This document shows positions 53,586 through 63,743 of a stretch of 64,000 nucleotides of DNA, piece by piece. The notes below the pieces were generated by a model. The model searched no databases. It was not told the DNA's origin and was given only the letters and a program-made list of their open reading frames with translations. The first letter of the stretch is position 1. The number at the start of each line of letters is the position of its first letter. Source of the stretch: Terriglobia bacterium (GTDB taxonomy: Bacteria; Acidobacteriota; Terriglobia; 20CM-2-55-15); the NCBI GenBank assembly GCA_965218585.1, contig CBDCLE010000024.1, positions 32,001 through 96,000 of the forward strand. The letters are read 5' to 3'. The translations under genes were made by a program, and so were the position numbers.

Positions 53586-54764
53586 ATGAACCTGAACACG
53601 ATTATCCCTGATGAACCCTCGTCTCGATTTAGAACCCTCTTTCGTCTCGCGGGGTGTCTGGCCCTCGTGTCGGCTCTGGCGTGCATTGCGCCGGGGAGCG
53701 TCCTCGGACAGGATGACGCCGATCACTTCGTTCCTTCACGGCCTGAAACAGTCTCTTGGGGATGGTTCCCCATAGACAAAGACCCGGTTCTGACGATCCA
53801 ATCAGGGGAAACGGTTCGCGTCGACACGCTGACGCACGCAGGGAGCACGCAGAACGCCGAGCCCGTGGAATACTTGTCGGGGCTGGGCGTTGGACGCGAA
53901 GACATACACGAGGACGTGCTGGATTTCTGGGCGTCGAGAGAGGGGAGGCCCAGGGAAGGTCGTAGCGGACATGTCATCACAGGTCCGATCTATATCGATG
54001 GAGCCGAGCCCGGCGATATGCTCGAAGTGGAGATCCTCGACATCGAGACCCGTGCAGGGTGGGGGATCAACAATACCAGTGCGACGGGCGGCGTCTTCTC
54101 GACCGGATATCCGGGCGTTCGTGAGGACGATCGGTTGCTGGCCATGGAACCCCAGAGGCATCTGATTCGAACAGGTGAGGTGGATGGCCGTGAGGTTGCT
54201 CTTTTTGCCCCGAACATCCAGGTGCCGCTGGCTCCTTTCATGGGCATCATGGCCGTGGCGCCCGCGCCGGTAGTCGGCCAACCCGGGGTCACGGTGCCCG
54301 GAGTGCAGAGCTCGAGGCCGCCCGGTGCATTCGGCGGTAACCTGGACGTCAAGGACCTGAAGACTGGAGCGACGCTCTACCTCCCGGTTTTCCATCCCGG
54401 CGCGCTGTTCTATGTGGGAGATCCGCACTCTGCCCAGGGTGATGGCGAGGTGAGTGGCACTGCGATCGAGCAGTCGCTGACGGGCGTATTCCGATTTGTC
54501 CTGCACAAGGGAGCTACGATTTCGGGACCCCGCGCGGAGACCGACACCCACCACTTGATAATGGGGATCGATCTCGATCTCGATCGAGCCATGCGAAACG
54601 CAACATTTGAGGTTGTGAATTTTCTTGTCGAGGAGAAAGGCCTCACGCCAGCTAAGGCTCTCTCGCTTGCCAGTGTTGCTGTTGACTTCCGTGTCGGCGA
54701 GGCCGTGGATCTGACGCAGGTCGTTGTCGGGTACATCCCCAAGGATATCTTTCTCGAGGAGTAA
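53586..54764 (+). CDS. Acetamidase/formamidase family protein with N-terminal signal-like segment
   Basis: HVITGPIYIDGAEPGD, PFMG, GGNLD, GDPHSAQGDGEVSGTAIE. Confidence 0.88.
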   Translation: MNLNTIIPDEPSSRFRTLFRLAGCLALVSALACIAPGSVLGQDDADHFVPSRPETVSWGWFPIDKDPVLTIQSGETVRVDTLTHAGSTQNAEPVEYLSGLGVGREDIHEDVLDFWASREGRPREGRSGHVITGPIYIDGAEPGDMLEVEILDIETRAGWGINNTSATGGVFSTGYPGVREDDRLLAMEPQRHLIRTGEVDGREVALFAPNIQVPLAPFMGIMAVAPAPVVGQPGVTVPGVQSSRPPGAFGGNLDVKDLKTGATLYLPVFHPGALFYVGDPHSAQGDGEVSGTAIEQSLTGVFRFVLHKGATISGPRAETDTHHLIMGIDLDLDRAMRNATFEVVNFLVEEKGLTPAKALSLASVAVDFRVGEAVDLTQVVVGYIPKDIFLEE

Positions 54765-54767
54765 AAG

Positions 54768-54846
54768 GTGGGGACAGACACCCTTTTTGTCTGCGGTTTT
54801 TCTTTCCCGCACGAATCAGCTCACGAAAAAGGGTGTCTGTCCCCAC
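54768..54846. repeat. REP-like perfect 21-bp inverted repeat
   Basis: GTGGGGACAGACACCCTTTTT ... AAAAAGGGTGTCTGTCCCCAC with a 37-bp spacer, right after a stop codon. Confidence 0.8.
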
Positions 54847-54957
54847 TTTTTCCAGCTGGCGGAAATTAGCCCCGGCTCTCCCATTTTCCTATGCACAGGA
54901 GCCGTGTCTGAATCATACTAATCGCTTCAACTTATAGCTCTAGAGGAGGAACCCCCT

Positions 54958-56184
54958 ATGAAGACGATAGTTATTGGTGTAGCCCTGCTGTTCGCGGCCA
55001 GCGCTCCCATGTTGGAGGCCGCCGAATACAACCTCCAGGAAGGTCGAGTCACTCTCGAATCCGCATCGACGTTGTCATGGGGACCGGACGATGTCCTGTT
55101 CATCGGCGATTCGACTGCGGCGACAGTGTACGCGGTCCAGGTGGACGGCCTGACGCCTGCGGAATCACAACCGATCAACATCGTTGGTTTCGACAGAGAG
55201 TTGGCGTCTTACCTTGGAGTCCCCAGCACCGACTTTGTCGTCAACGACATGCTGGTGCATGGGTCGTCTCAGACGACTTTCTTCGCCCTGACCCGAGGTC
55301 TGGGCGACGGTTCCCAGGCGTTGGTTCTTTCCATGGACAACCAGGGACAACTGGAAACCCTTAATCTGAACAATATTCCGCACTCGAAGTTCGAAATCGG
55401 CGACGTTCCGGAGGCGGAAAAAGCTTTTGTCGAGCGAGGGCTTGGCGGACCGGCAACAGAACTGGACATCCTCAAGTCCAAGACACCTCAACGGACGTTT
55501 GCCATCACCGATATCGACTATTACGAGGGCGAAATTTTCGTGGCAGGCTTGAGTAACGAGGATTTTTCATCAGTACTGCGCCGAATTCCGTTTCCTTTCG
55601 AGGGCACATTGTCGGTGAGCAACATCGAGATCTATCATGGAGCTCACGGTCAGTACGAGACACGCGCGCCGATCCGGACACAGGTCATCCAGGAGTTTGA
55701 GGGTGTCCCTTATCTTGTCGCCGCCTACACCTGTACGCCGCTGGTTGTTATTCCCCTGGAGGCTCTCAAGGACGGTGAGAAGGTCTTCGGGAGAACGGTT
55801 GCCGAAGTGGGTTTCGGCAATACGCCGATAGATCTGGTCGGGTACCGGCAGAACGAAACGGACATGGTGCTTCTCACGAACACGAACTACAGTGCCTCGC
55901 TGATGCAGTTGGGGAATATTGTTCACGGGGAACAGCTCTCAGAACGGGTGGCAAATGCCGAGACCGCGGGTATCGACTTCGTTCCCATGCCGTTGACAGG
56001 TGCCCTGCAGCTGGACAATCTGAACGACGGTTTTTTTCTCGGTCTGATACGGGACCCTGTCTCCAGCGCGCTCAACCTGTATTCGATCGGCAGACGCACA
56101 CCGTTCAAGCTGAATGAGTTCTACGTTGAGTATGATTTTCCGGGCTTCGACCGTGAGGCAGCGAGACAGCGCAGTTTTAACTAG
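54958..56184 (+). CDS. Secreted conserved hypothetical protein (beta-propeller-like)
   Basis: GAGGAGG RBS, signal peptide, AGLSNEDFSS, EIYHGAHGQYETRAPI, AAYTCTPLV, GFGNTP. Confidence 0.75.
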   Translation: MKTIVIGVALLFAASAPMLEAAEYNLQEGRVTLESASTLSWGPDDVLFIGDSTAATVYAVQVDGLTPAESQPINIVGFDRELASYLGVPSTDFVVNDMLVHGSSQTTFFALTRGLGDGSQALVLSMDNQGQLETLNLNNIPHSKFEIGDVPEAEKAFVERGLGGPATELDILKSKTPQRTFAITDIDYYEGEIFVAGLSNEDFSSVLRRIPFPFEGTLSVSNIEIYHGAHGQYETRAPIRTQVIQEFEGVPYLVAAYTCTPLVVIPLEALKDGEKVFGRTVAEVGFGNTPIDLVGYRQNETDMVLLTNTNYSASLMQLGNIVHGEQLSERVANAETAGIDFVPMPLTGALQLDNLNDGFFLGLIRDPVSSALNLYSIGRRTPFKLNEFYVEYDFPGFDREAARQRSFN

Positions 56185-57325
56185 GGCCATCGTTCAAACG
56201 GTCCTGGTCGCGTTTCTGCTGGCGCATCCTTTATATGGGGCTTGCCTGGACTCTCGGATCACGTACGATCAGGCCGAGGGTCGAGTGTTCTTCGAGCTGG
56301 AGGACGATGGCGGGCAGGTTTCTGTAGACCCGGCAGGGTTCGGTGAAGCCTTCCCCGTATTTGTCCAAGAGGGTTCCGAGTCCGTCCAGATCAGAGGCAG
56401 TTACGTGAGGGATGGAGCGAACATCGTCTTCATCCCTCAGTTTCCGTTTATTCCGGGTGTGGGCCGCTATCTGGCCGAAATCCGATGGGACAAGCTTGGG
56501 GAGTACGGACTGGAATGCGCCCGGTTGGGTACCTCCCAGACCTCTGTTGCCTTTGAGCCCACCCTGGATGGTCCCGTTCCCACGACCGAGGTCCTCGGCG
56601 TCTATCCTGATACCAGAGACATTCCAGAAAACGTTCTACGGTTCTATGTGACATTCAGCCAGCCGATGGCGCTGGGAAGTTTGAGCGGTCAGGTTCGCAT
56701 CGAGTCCGCCGACGGCACAGACGTCGAAGCCTTCTTTCTCGAAAGCACGCAGCCGTTGTGGAATGGCGACCGGACACGTCTGACTCTGCTACTCGATCCC
56801 GGCCGGATCAAGAGGGGTGTGGGTCCGAACCTGGAGATGGGGCCCGCTCTTCGAGAGGGTGAGACCTATCGTCTCGTGATCGAGTCCGGGATCCGAGACT
56901 CTCGGGGGAACCTTCTTTCCGACGACTTTATTCATAGATTTACAGTGACCCCTCCAGTTTATGAAGCATTGACGATTGATGACGTGGTGGCCTCCGAAAT
57001 AGAGGCAGGAACGAGGAATCCACTTCGAATATCCTTTCCCCACATAATGGACGTTTTCCAGCTCTCGCGGCTCCTCGCCGTTCGGACTGAGGCAGGTGTC
57101 CGGGTGGAGGGAGTCATCGAACGCGTGGAGGATCCTTATTCCATAGTGTTCGTTCCCAGCACCCCCTGGTCCGACCCCGGGTACACCCTCGAGATCGCGA
57201 GTAACGTCGAAGACGTAGCCGGGAACACTTTCCTGGCTGCGTTTGACGAGTCGTCGGGTTCGAGTCGCGTGACGTCTTCTGAAGCAGTGCAGGTCAGACC
57301 ACTGACCGTAACGGGAATTCGCTGA
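56114..57325 (+). CDS. Secreted Ig-like domain protein; start uncertain
   Basis: YPDTRDIPENVLRFYVTFSQPM, LDPGRIKRG, VEDVAGN (Big-like); overlaps the previous gene end. Confidence 0.7.
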   Translation: MSSTLSMIFRASTVRQRDSAVLTRAIVQTVLVAFLLAHPLYGACLDSRITYDQAEGRVFFELEDDGGQVSVDPAGFGEAFPVFVQEGSESVQIRGSYVRDGANIVFIPQFPFIPGVGRYLAEIRWDKLGEYGLECARLGTSQTSVAFEPTLDGPVPTTEVLGVYPDTRDIPENVLRFYVTFSQPMALGSLSGQVRIESADGTDVEAFFLESTQPLWNGDRTRLTLLLDPGRIKRGVGPNLEMGPALREGETYRLVIESGIRDSRGNLLSDDFIHRFTVTPPVYEALTIDDVVASEIEAGTRNPLRISFPHIMDVFQLSRLLAVRTEAGVRVEGVIERVEDPYSIVFVPSTPWSDPGYTLEIASNVEDVAGNTFLAAFDESSGSSRVTSSEAVQVRPLTVTGIR

Positions 57326-57368
57326 TTTCAAACTTAAAACAGTCTTTGTTTTTCAAAAGGGGAGTTTC

Positions 57369-58379
57369 ATGAAGTTGCAAGCAATCCGAGTGTTAATGTT
57401 CGTTGCCGTCGCCCTCTTGCTGACCTCGGGGCAGGGCTTTGCGGTGCAGCTGCTGGACGGTGAACGAGAGGTCGATGTCACGGCGATCCCCGGGGTTATC
57501 GACGGCGGCGCCGAGTGGGAGAGAGTCTGGGCCAGTTTCTATACGGCTGACGGGCTGGTGTCGGCGCCCGGTGGTGGTGTTGTATTTGGTCAGGAGCAGA
57601 CCGACAGGATCATCAAGCTGGGCGTGGACAACCAGGAATACACGGTTGTTGAGAACACAAACGGCTCCGGATCGGTTTCGGTGGATACCCAGGGACGGAT
57701 CTTTGCCGTCCAGCGGACCTGCACCGAGCCGTTGAATCCGGAATTGGCGATGTGTAACGAACTGACGATGGTCAGCCAGATGTTCCCCGAATACAGGATC
57801 CTGGCCAACAGTTTTCCTGACGGCACCCCGCTTGGACGTTTGAACGATCTGGTCGCCGACGGCCGAGGCGGAGCGTACTTTACAAGGGGCGGCCTCTACT
57901 ACGTCAGCCCCGACGGCGTCGTCAGCACGGTGGCCGATCAGGACATCCGCACAAACGGCCTGGCCCTGAGCCGGGACGGAGAGACTCTCTACGTGACCAA
58001 CAGTACGGTCGTTGTGGCCTTCGACGTGGCGTCGAACGGGTCGACCTCCAACCGGCGTGATTTCGGGACGCTCGATGGTGACAACGGTGGTGACGGCATG
58101 ACGGTCGACACCGAGGGCCGTGTGTATGTGACCGGGAACGCCGGTGTGCATGTGCTTTCACCCGACGGCGAACACCTCGGAATGATCCCCACACCGCGGC
58201 GCGCGATTACGGTTGCGTTTGGAGGACCGGACAACCGGACGCTTTACGCGCCCTCGATGGGTGCGATCGGGCCGGACGGAAAACAGTACGTGACGCCTGA
58301 CGGCATTCGAAACATTGCGATGACGATCTATACGATCCCCGTGGTTTCGGAGGGATTTGTAGGCACCGTCGTAGAGTAA
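57369..58379 (+). CDS. SMP-30/gluconolactonase family protein
   Basis: Signal peptide; NDLVADG, NGLALSRDGETLYV, DGMTVDTEGRVYV, AFGGPDNRTLY. Confidence 0.88.
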   Translation: MKLQAIRVLMFVAVALLLTSGQGFAVQLLDGEREVDVTAIPGVIDGGAEWERVWASFYTADGLVSAPGGGVVFGQEQTDRIIKLGVDNQEYTVVENTNGSGSVSVDTQGRIFAVQRTCTEPLNPELAMCNELTMVSQMFPEYRILANSFPDGTPLGRLNDLVADGRGGAYFTRGGLYYVSPDGVVSTVADQDIRTNGLALSRDGETLYVTNSTVVVAFDVASNGSTSNRRDFGTLDGDNGGDGMTVDTEGRVYVTGNAGVHVLSPDGEHLGMIPTPRRAITVAFGGPDNRTLYAPSMGAIGPDGKQYVTPDGIRNIAMTIYTIPVVSEGFVGTVVE

Positions 58380-58464
58380 GAACAGACCCGCTTCTGGTCC
58401 GGTGACCCGGAGCGGATTGACCCGGTACTCCAGACGTTAGACTCTCTGCCGAAAGAGACTGCTT

Positions 58465-58647
58465 ATGCCCACGATTGCCATTGCCCTGTGGCTGATCACA
58501 GGAGGACTGTGTTTCGTAATCGGTATCTATTTCCTCTGGAAGATCGAACAGTCCGGGGTCGAGCGCTGGGGTGCGTCGGGCAAGCTGTTCGGACTCGGCC
58601 CGGCGTCTCCCGCGAGTGAGAGTAAGAAGGGGGAAGAGGAAGAATGA
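58465..58647 (+). CDS. Small single-TM protein, probable SSS accessory subunit
   Basis: One hydrophobic helix; ATGA overlap with the symporter start. Confidence 0.65.
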   Translation: MPTIAIALWLITGGLCFVIGIYFLWKIEQSGVERWGASGKLFGLGPASPASESKKGEEEE

Positions 58648-60248
58648 GCGTCGGGCTCATGGCGACCGTTCTCGTCGTCTACCTGATCCTGCTCTCCTAC
58701 TGTGGCCGGCTGGGATACAAAGCCTCCCGGTCCTTTTCTGATTACGTGGCCGGCAGCTGGAACATGGGCCTGTGGCTGCTGGCGGGAACATTTTCCGCCA
58801 CCTGGATCAGCGCTGTTTCGGTGATGGGATTTCCGGGAATGCTGTTCGGAGTGGGGCTCGCCGCCCTGGCGGCCGTTTACGCCGGGTACTTCATGGCGAA
58901 TACGCTGATGCCGATCCTGGCATACAAGCTGCGGCGCCCCAAACACCCGCCTGCGACGATACCCGAATACCTGAGACTCCGTTTCGAACCCTTCGAGAAA
59001 AGGAGCGGCCTTCAGGTGCTGGGCGGTGTTGCGATGGTCCTGGGTTACGCCGTGTTCGTCATGATCCAGGTGAGTGCATTCGGAATCCTGTTCTCGACCA
59101 TCACGGGCTGGCCCTATCTGGTCTGCATCTTCATCTTCGCAGCCTTTGTGCTTTACATAGCGGCCGGAGGAACGCTTTCGGTTGCCATTTCAGACCTGTT
59201 CAATGCATGCGTGATTGTCGTCGGCGTGGTCATCTGCGCCGCGATCATCCTGCCCGAGGTCGGGGGATGGAGCGCGATGTGGGAGCAGTACGCCACGATG
59301 ACCCAGCCCGCACTTCCAGATGGCGATGCATTCGAACAAGGAGCCCTGCTGTCTCTGCTGGGCCCTTATTCGCTTTCGACGGTGATCGGCTTGTTCATTG
59401 CCGCGGCCCTTGGGGGATCGTTGGCGCCGCATTGGCCCTCGCGTATGTTGTATGCCAGAAACGTCAAGACTGCGATCGCCCTGCCAATGGTTTCGCAGGC
59501 GGTGATTTGTTTTGTGCTGTACGGCGCGCTTCTGGTGCTTGGCGTGGGCGGCCGGGTTCTGGTCGGAACACTGGATGCAGCCAACACGGACTGGATCATG
59601 CCGTTCCTGTTCATGAACCAGATCGGTGGTCTGCTCGGCGCCGTCGGGATTGCCGGCCTTCTGGCGGCTTCGGTGTCGACCAGCAACTCCATGTTGTTCC
59701 ATGGCGCCCTGGCTATCGTCTTCGATGTGTTCCGGAATCTGAGCCCGAAGCGGCTTTCGGAGGAGTCCCTTCAGAAGTACACCCGTGTGACCGTTGTCGG
59801 GATGGGCCTGGTCTCCATTCTCCTGGCCGTCAACCCTCCCGCCTTTATTGCCGTCATGTCGGCCCGGGTTTTTGGATTCTGGTGTGCTGCGTTCTTTGTC
59901 CCAATGTATATCGGGCTTTACTGGAAAAGACTCAACCGGCAGGCCGTCTACTGGAGCATGACGGTTGCTCCGTTGATGTTCGTGGTGCTTGAATACCTCA
60001 TCGTTCAGGGGATCATCTCGGGCATCATCCCCGCCGTCGTGTGGGCTGTCTTTATCGGTGTTGGGGGGAGCGTCGTCCTTTCCTATGCTTTCAGTCCTGC
60101 ACCCCGGGAGGGCTGGGAGCCGTTTTTTGAGGCCGAGATCAGCCCATCGACCGTCAAGGCCTGGGAGCAATCCCGTATCGACATGGAATCGGGGGCCGAC
60201 GAGCCTCCAGGGGCAGGGGAAACGGTAGTTCTCGCCGAGAGAGGCTGA
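58644..60248 (+). CDS. Sodium:solute symporter (SSS) family protein
   Basis: DYVAG, ATWISA, TIPEYLRLRF, AASVSTSNS, GLYWKRLN; about 13 TM helices. Confidence 0.9.
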   Translation: MSVGLMATVLVVYLILLSYCGRLGYKASRSFSDYVAGSWNMGLWLLAGTFSATWISAVSVMGFPGMLFGVGLAALAAVYAGYFMANTLMPILAYKLRRPKHPPATIPEYLRLRFEPFEKRSGLQVLGGVAMVLGYAVFVMIQVSAFGILFSTITGWPYLVCIFIFAAFVLYIAAGGTLSVAISDLFNACVIVVGVVICAAIILPEVGGWSAMWEQYATMTQPALPDGDAFEQGALLSLLGPYSLSTVIGLFIAAALGGSLAPHWPSRMLYARNVKTAIALPMVSQAVICFVLYGALLVLGVGGRVLVGTLDAANTDWIMPFLFMNQIGGLLGAVGIAGLLAASVSTSNSMLFHGALAIVFDVFRNLSPKRLSEESLQKYTRVTVVGMGLVSILLAVNPPAFIAVMSARVFGFWCAAFFVPMYIGLYWKRLNRQAVYWSMTVAPLMFVVLEYLIVQGIISGIIPAVVWAVFIGVGGSVVLSYAFSPAPREGWEPFFEAEISPSTVKAWEQSRIDMESGADEPPGAGETVVLAERG

Positions 60249-60273
60249 CCCCCGTTGTTACGTGTGAACACTG

Positions 60274-60507
60274 TTACCCGTTGTCATAGGTGAACAAGCC
60301 GATCTTGCATTTAGTACAACGGCTGGCAATCAGAGTGGGGGCATTCCAAATAGCGCGCTTCTTTCTCAACGGTGTTCCTGCGAATATTGACTTCGTTTTT
60401 TCTGTTTCACACCATCGCAACCTTGTGTGTTGACCAGTAACGTATCCAAACTCCATATCTGATCCACAGTTAGGACACTTGAATTTAGAGATCTCCTCGT
60501 GAGTCAT
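60274..60507 (-). CDS. Small zinc-ribbon protein (PF20097/DUF6487-like)
   Basis: KCPNCGSDMEFGY...W...RCTKCK. Confidence 0.7.
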   Translation of the reverse strand: MTHEEISKFKCPNCGSDMEFGYVTGQHTRLRWCETEKTKSIFAGTPLRKKRAIWNAPTLIASRCTKCKIGLFTYDNG

Positions 60508-60559
60508 CCTATTCCCTACTTCGCCTGGTGAAGTGCAGCCGTTTTGAGAAGGCCTTTGT

Positions 60560-61765
60560 TCAACGAGAGACGCAGTTGTCGGCAGCTGCTTCCTCGCCGA
60601 AGCTCGAGTCGAACCAGTCAGGCAACAGCGCCGCCATCGGCCCGACAGCGCCAAAATGATCTACCTCGGCCAGCTCCACATATTCGACGCTCAAACCCCG
60701 CTCACACAGGTCTGACCGGACATCCCGCGTCAGTTCGACGGGCACATCGATGTCCACGTCCCCCTGGATCAACAGGATTGGAATCGACTCCGCGATAGGC
60801 AGGAACTGATCATTGGCTTCCAACCAGGTCCGCCAGGGCGTGCCCGGTTCCAAGGCTTCCGGCTTCGCGTAGGGTTCGTCCAGACCCGCCGCCTCACCGA
60901 AGATGTCAAAGCATCCCCAGGCTTGGGATGCAAGCAATTCCAGACCGGCCTCAGTCAGGATGTCGCGCAGACGGAGATCCGGTTTTCCAACCGCGAGTCC
61001 CGCCATTCTTGCCGCGAAATACCCTGCGTTCTGAGGTATTCCCAAATCGTACAGGGAGAGTTCCACGTGTCGCGAGGCGGGCGCTGCTGGTGCGATGCCG
61101 GCCAACTCGAGTTCCGGCGCGTACTCGTTCGCGATATGAGCCGCCCAGAGAACGGTCTGACCACCCAGGGAAAACCCGTACATTCCGACTTCTGTACCAG
61201 CCCCGGCCCGGGCAAACCGGATTGCGGCGCGGGCGGCATCCCAAGCCGACTGAGCCTGGGCGCGCCCATTGGCAAACGGCATCCCGCCGGGTGTGCCGAG
61301 TCCCTCGTAGTCGGTCGCCGCCACCACAGATCCCCGTGCCAATAGTTCCGCCAGCCCGGGGATTCGTGGCGTGGACTGGCCGATGCCGTAAAGATTCCCC
61401 CGCGATGGTGCGCAGGAGTCCTCAAAGCCCACGGTGCCACTGGCCCACACCAGTAACCGTCGGGGAGTCTCGGATTCGGTTCTCGGTATGTAGATCTCGC
61501 CGGAGACATATCTCAGCTGGCCGGTCACACCTTCGGTTACGTAGATGACGTTCCAGCCACGGCCACCCGGAGGCGCATCGTCGCGCTCCCGCACCCAATA
61601 GATGTCTCCCTGGCTGAGGCCATCGCCGATCCTGGTCGGAACGGCATCCCAGAATGCGTTTCCGACGGGTCCTTCCCGGACACTCGACAGGTCCTGAGCG
61701 CGAAGTGGTCCTCCCGACAGCAATAGCCCACCGACAAGTACACAGAATCTCAACCCATACTTCAT
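60560..61765 (-). CDS. Secretory lipase (LIP) family alpha/beta hydrolase
   Basis: GTVG...CAPS, ATDYEGLGTPG, GFSLGG, YAPEL, QGDVD, DH; AGGGGAG RBS and signal peptide. Confidence 0.85.
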   Translation of the reverse strand: MKYGLRFCVLVGGLLLSGGPLRAQDLSSVREGPVGNAFWDAVPTRIGDGLSQGDIYWVRERDDAPPGGRGWNVIYVTEGVTGQLRYVSGEIYIPRTESETPRRLLVWASGTVGFEDSCAPSRGNLYGIGQSTPRIPGLAELLARGSVVAATDYEGLGTPGGMPFANGRAQAQSAWDAARAAIRFARAGAGTEVGMYGFSLGGQTVLWAAHIANEYAPELELAGIAPAAPASRHVELSLYDLGIPQNAGYFAARMAGLAVGKPDLRLRDILTEAGLELLASQAWGCFDIFGEAAGLDEPYAKPEALEPGTPWRTWLEANDQFLPIAESIPILLIQGDVDIDVPVELTRDVRSDLCERGLSVEYVELAEVDHFGAVGPMAALLPDWFDSSFGEEAAADNCVSR

Positions 61766-61833
61766 ATTGCTCCCCTTTAATACAAACCCTTGAATGGTCC
61801 CGATGGCATCACCTCGACATGAGGACAATCTAG

Positions 61834-62645
61834 GGCGTGTTAACACTAACGTAGTGCCTCGACGATGAGTGCGAAGTGAAGGAAGGCGAGGAACATGACG
61901 TCGAGTTTATCGAAACGGGAGAAGATACGCCGAAAACCCTTGAGTCGGCGGAAGAGCCTCTCGACTTCGTTCCTGCGGCGGTAGAGCACGCGGTCGTATT
62001 CCCACGGCTCCAGGCGGTTGCGCTTGGGCGGCACGACGGGAATCCACCCAAAATCCAGAGCCAATTGGCGGGTCTGGTCGTCCTGGTAGGCACGGTCCAT
62101 CAGCAGCGGCAGCGGCGCGGGCAACGGCCCCAGGCCGGCGAGCAGATCGCGGCCCTGCGGGGCGTCGTGCGCTTGGCCGGGCGAGAGCGCAAACGTTATC
62201 GCCGTTCGAGCATTCGCGGCAACCAGATGAATCTTGGTGGTCCATCCACCGCGGGATTTGCCGATCGCTTGCGGACCGTTTTTTTTAACGCTCCCGTGCC
62301 GTCGGGATGCACCTTCACAATGGTCGAGTCCATCGAAACGGCTTCCACCCGGATGCGCACCAGTTGCTCGCGCTGGAGTTTTTCGAAGACGGCGTCGAGC
62401 ACCCCGTTCTTGGACCAGCGGTTCATCCGGGTGTAGATGGTGTGCCAGTTGCCAAAGCGCTTGGGCAGACCGCGCCACTTGCAGCCCTGCTCAGCCACAT
62501 ACAAAATGGCGTTCAAGACCGTCAGGTTCGAAAGACTGACGTTGCCCCGCTGACGCGGCAGTTCCGGCTCGATGCGACAATACTGCTCCTGTGTGATCTC
62601 CATGCCTGATTATAAAACATTCATGCTCATTAGTGTTAACACATC
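61834..62645 (-). mobile_element. IS5-family (IS427-like) insertion sequence flanked by CTAG
   Basis: IRs GGCGTGTTAACACTAA / TTAGTGTTAACACATC (14/16); CTAG at 61830-61833 and 62646-62649. Confidence 0.92.
61846..62603 (-). CDS. IS5-family transposase OrfAB via programmed -1 frameshift
   Basis: OrfA (GCKWRGLP..FGNWHTIY, DSTIVKVH) joins OrfB (GKSRGGWTTKIH, DRAY, YRRRNEVERLF) at an A8C slippery run, 62278-62286. Confidence 0.9.
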
Positions 62646-62750
62646 CTAGCTGAACTTGCCACTGTCATAGCAGTGTAACCACACTTGATGACGGAAGCAC
62701 CCTGCCCTATAATCCTCTCCGTTTGGACATTTTTCAATGGGGAGAAAGCC

Positions 62751-63656
62751 ATGAACAGAGCACTGATCTTAACCGTGCTGGTCGTGTCGGTGTCGGTAGG
62801 GTCAGCTTCGGCGCAGTATCCGGTGCCGCAGCAGACTTCCTATGCCATGAACGCCGACGAGAGAGCGAACCTGGGGCTCGTCCACGATTGGTGGCGTGAC
62901 ATCATGCAGGGGGGCAACCTGGACATCGCCACCCATTACATGCCGGCCGACTTCATCTCACGGAACCCGAACGTAGGGGCCGGACGGGATGCGTTCGTCC
63001 AAACCCTCGGACGAAGGCCGGACCTGCTGCAGAATCGCCAGCAGAACGTGCCCGAGGTGCAGTTCGCCAAGAACGACTATGTCTTTCTGATGTGGGCGAA
63101 CTTCGTCATCGACCCCATGGAGTCGGCTCACGTTTACAAGTACAACACGATGGACCTGTTCCGGATCGTTGACGGCAAGATCGTCGAACACTGGGACGGT
63201 GCGCGCAAGACGGTCGAGACCGACTTCGGCGAGAAGAGCATGGGCGGCGGCGTCTACGACGATTCCACCAACCTGTCGGCGCGCGAACGGGACACGCTCG
63301 AGCTCGGGATCGTCGAGTTCAAGGACATCCTCCAGTACGGCCATACCGAGCTTGCTATGGAGGTCATGGCGCCAGGCTACATGCAGCACAACCCTAACGT
63401 GCCGGGCGGCCGCGACAATTTCATTCAGGCGTTCAGTGGCCGCGATCAGTTGCCGCTCCGAGATCAGTGGAGGACTCCGCCGACGCTGACGTTGGTCAGT
63501 GGAAACTTCTACCTCAAGTTCGACGAGCGGTTCGAGGACGATCCAGCCAACCCGTCCCGGCAGACTGCGTACTACCGCTTCGACATGGTGCGGGTGGACG
63601 ACGACCTGATCCAGGAGCATTGGGACGTGGCTTTCCCGAACGGCATCGAGCGTTAG
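62751..63656 (+). CDS. Secreted tandem SnoaL/NTF2-like domain protein
   Basis: Signal peptide; two repeats with (H/R)NPNV..GRD and D.(F/V)R..D..I.EHWD. Confidence 0.82.
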   Translation: MNRALILTVLVVSVSVGSASAQYPVPQQTSYAMNADERANLGLVHDWWRDIMQGGNLDIATHYMPADFISRNPNVGAGRDAFVQTLGRRPDLLQNRQQNVPEVQFAKNDYVFLMWANFVIDPMESAHVYKYNTMDLFRIVDGKIVEHWDGARKTVETDFGEKSMGGGVYDDSTNLSARERDTLELGIVEFKDILQYGHTELAMEVMAPGYMQHNPNVPGGRDNFIQAFSGRDQLPLRDQWRTPPTLTLVSGNFYLKFDERFEDDPANPSRQTAYYRFDMVRVDDDLIQEHWDVAFPNGIER

Positions 63657-63743
63657 GACGAACCGGCCCGTACCAGCTTACTTTTGAGTATCTAACCAGG
63701 CTGCGCTCAGTTGCGAACCCTGCGGTGGTGCGTCATGTGCGCA

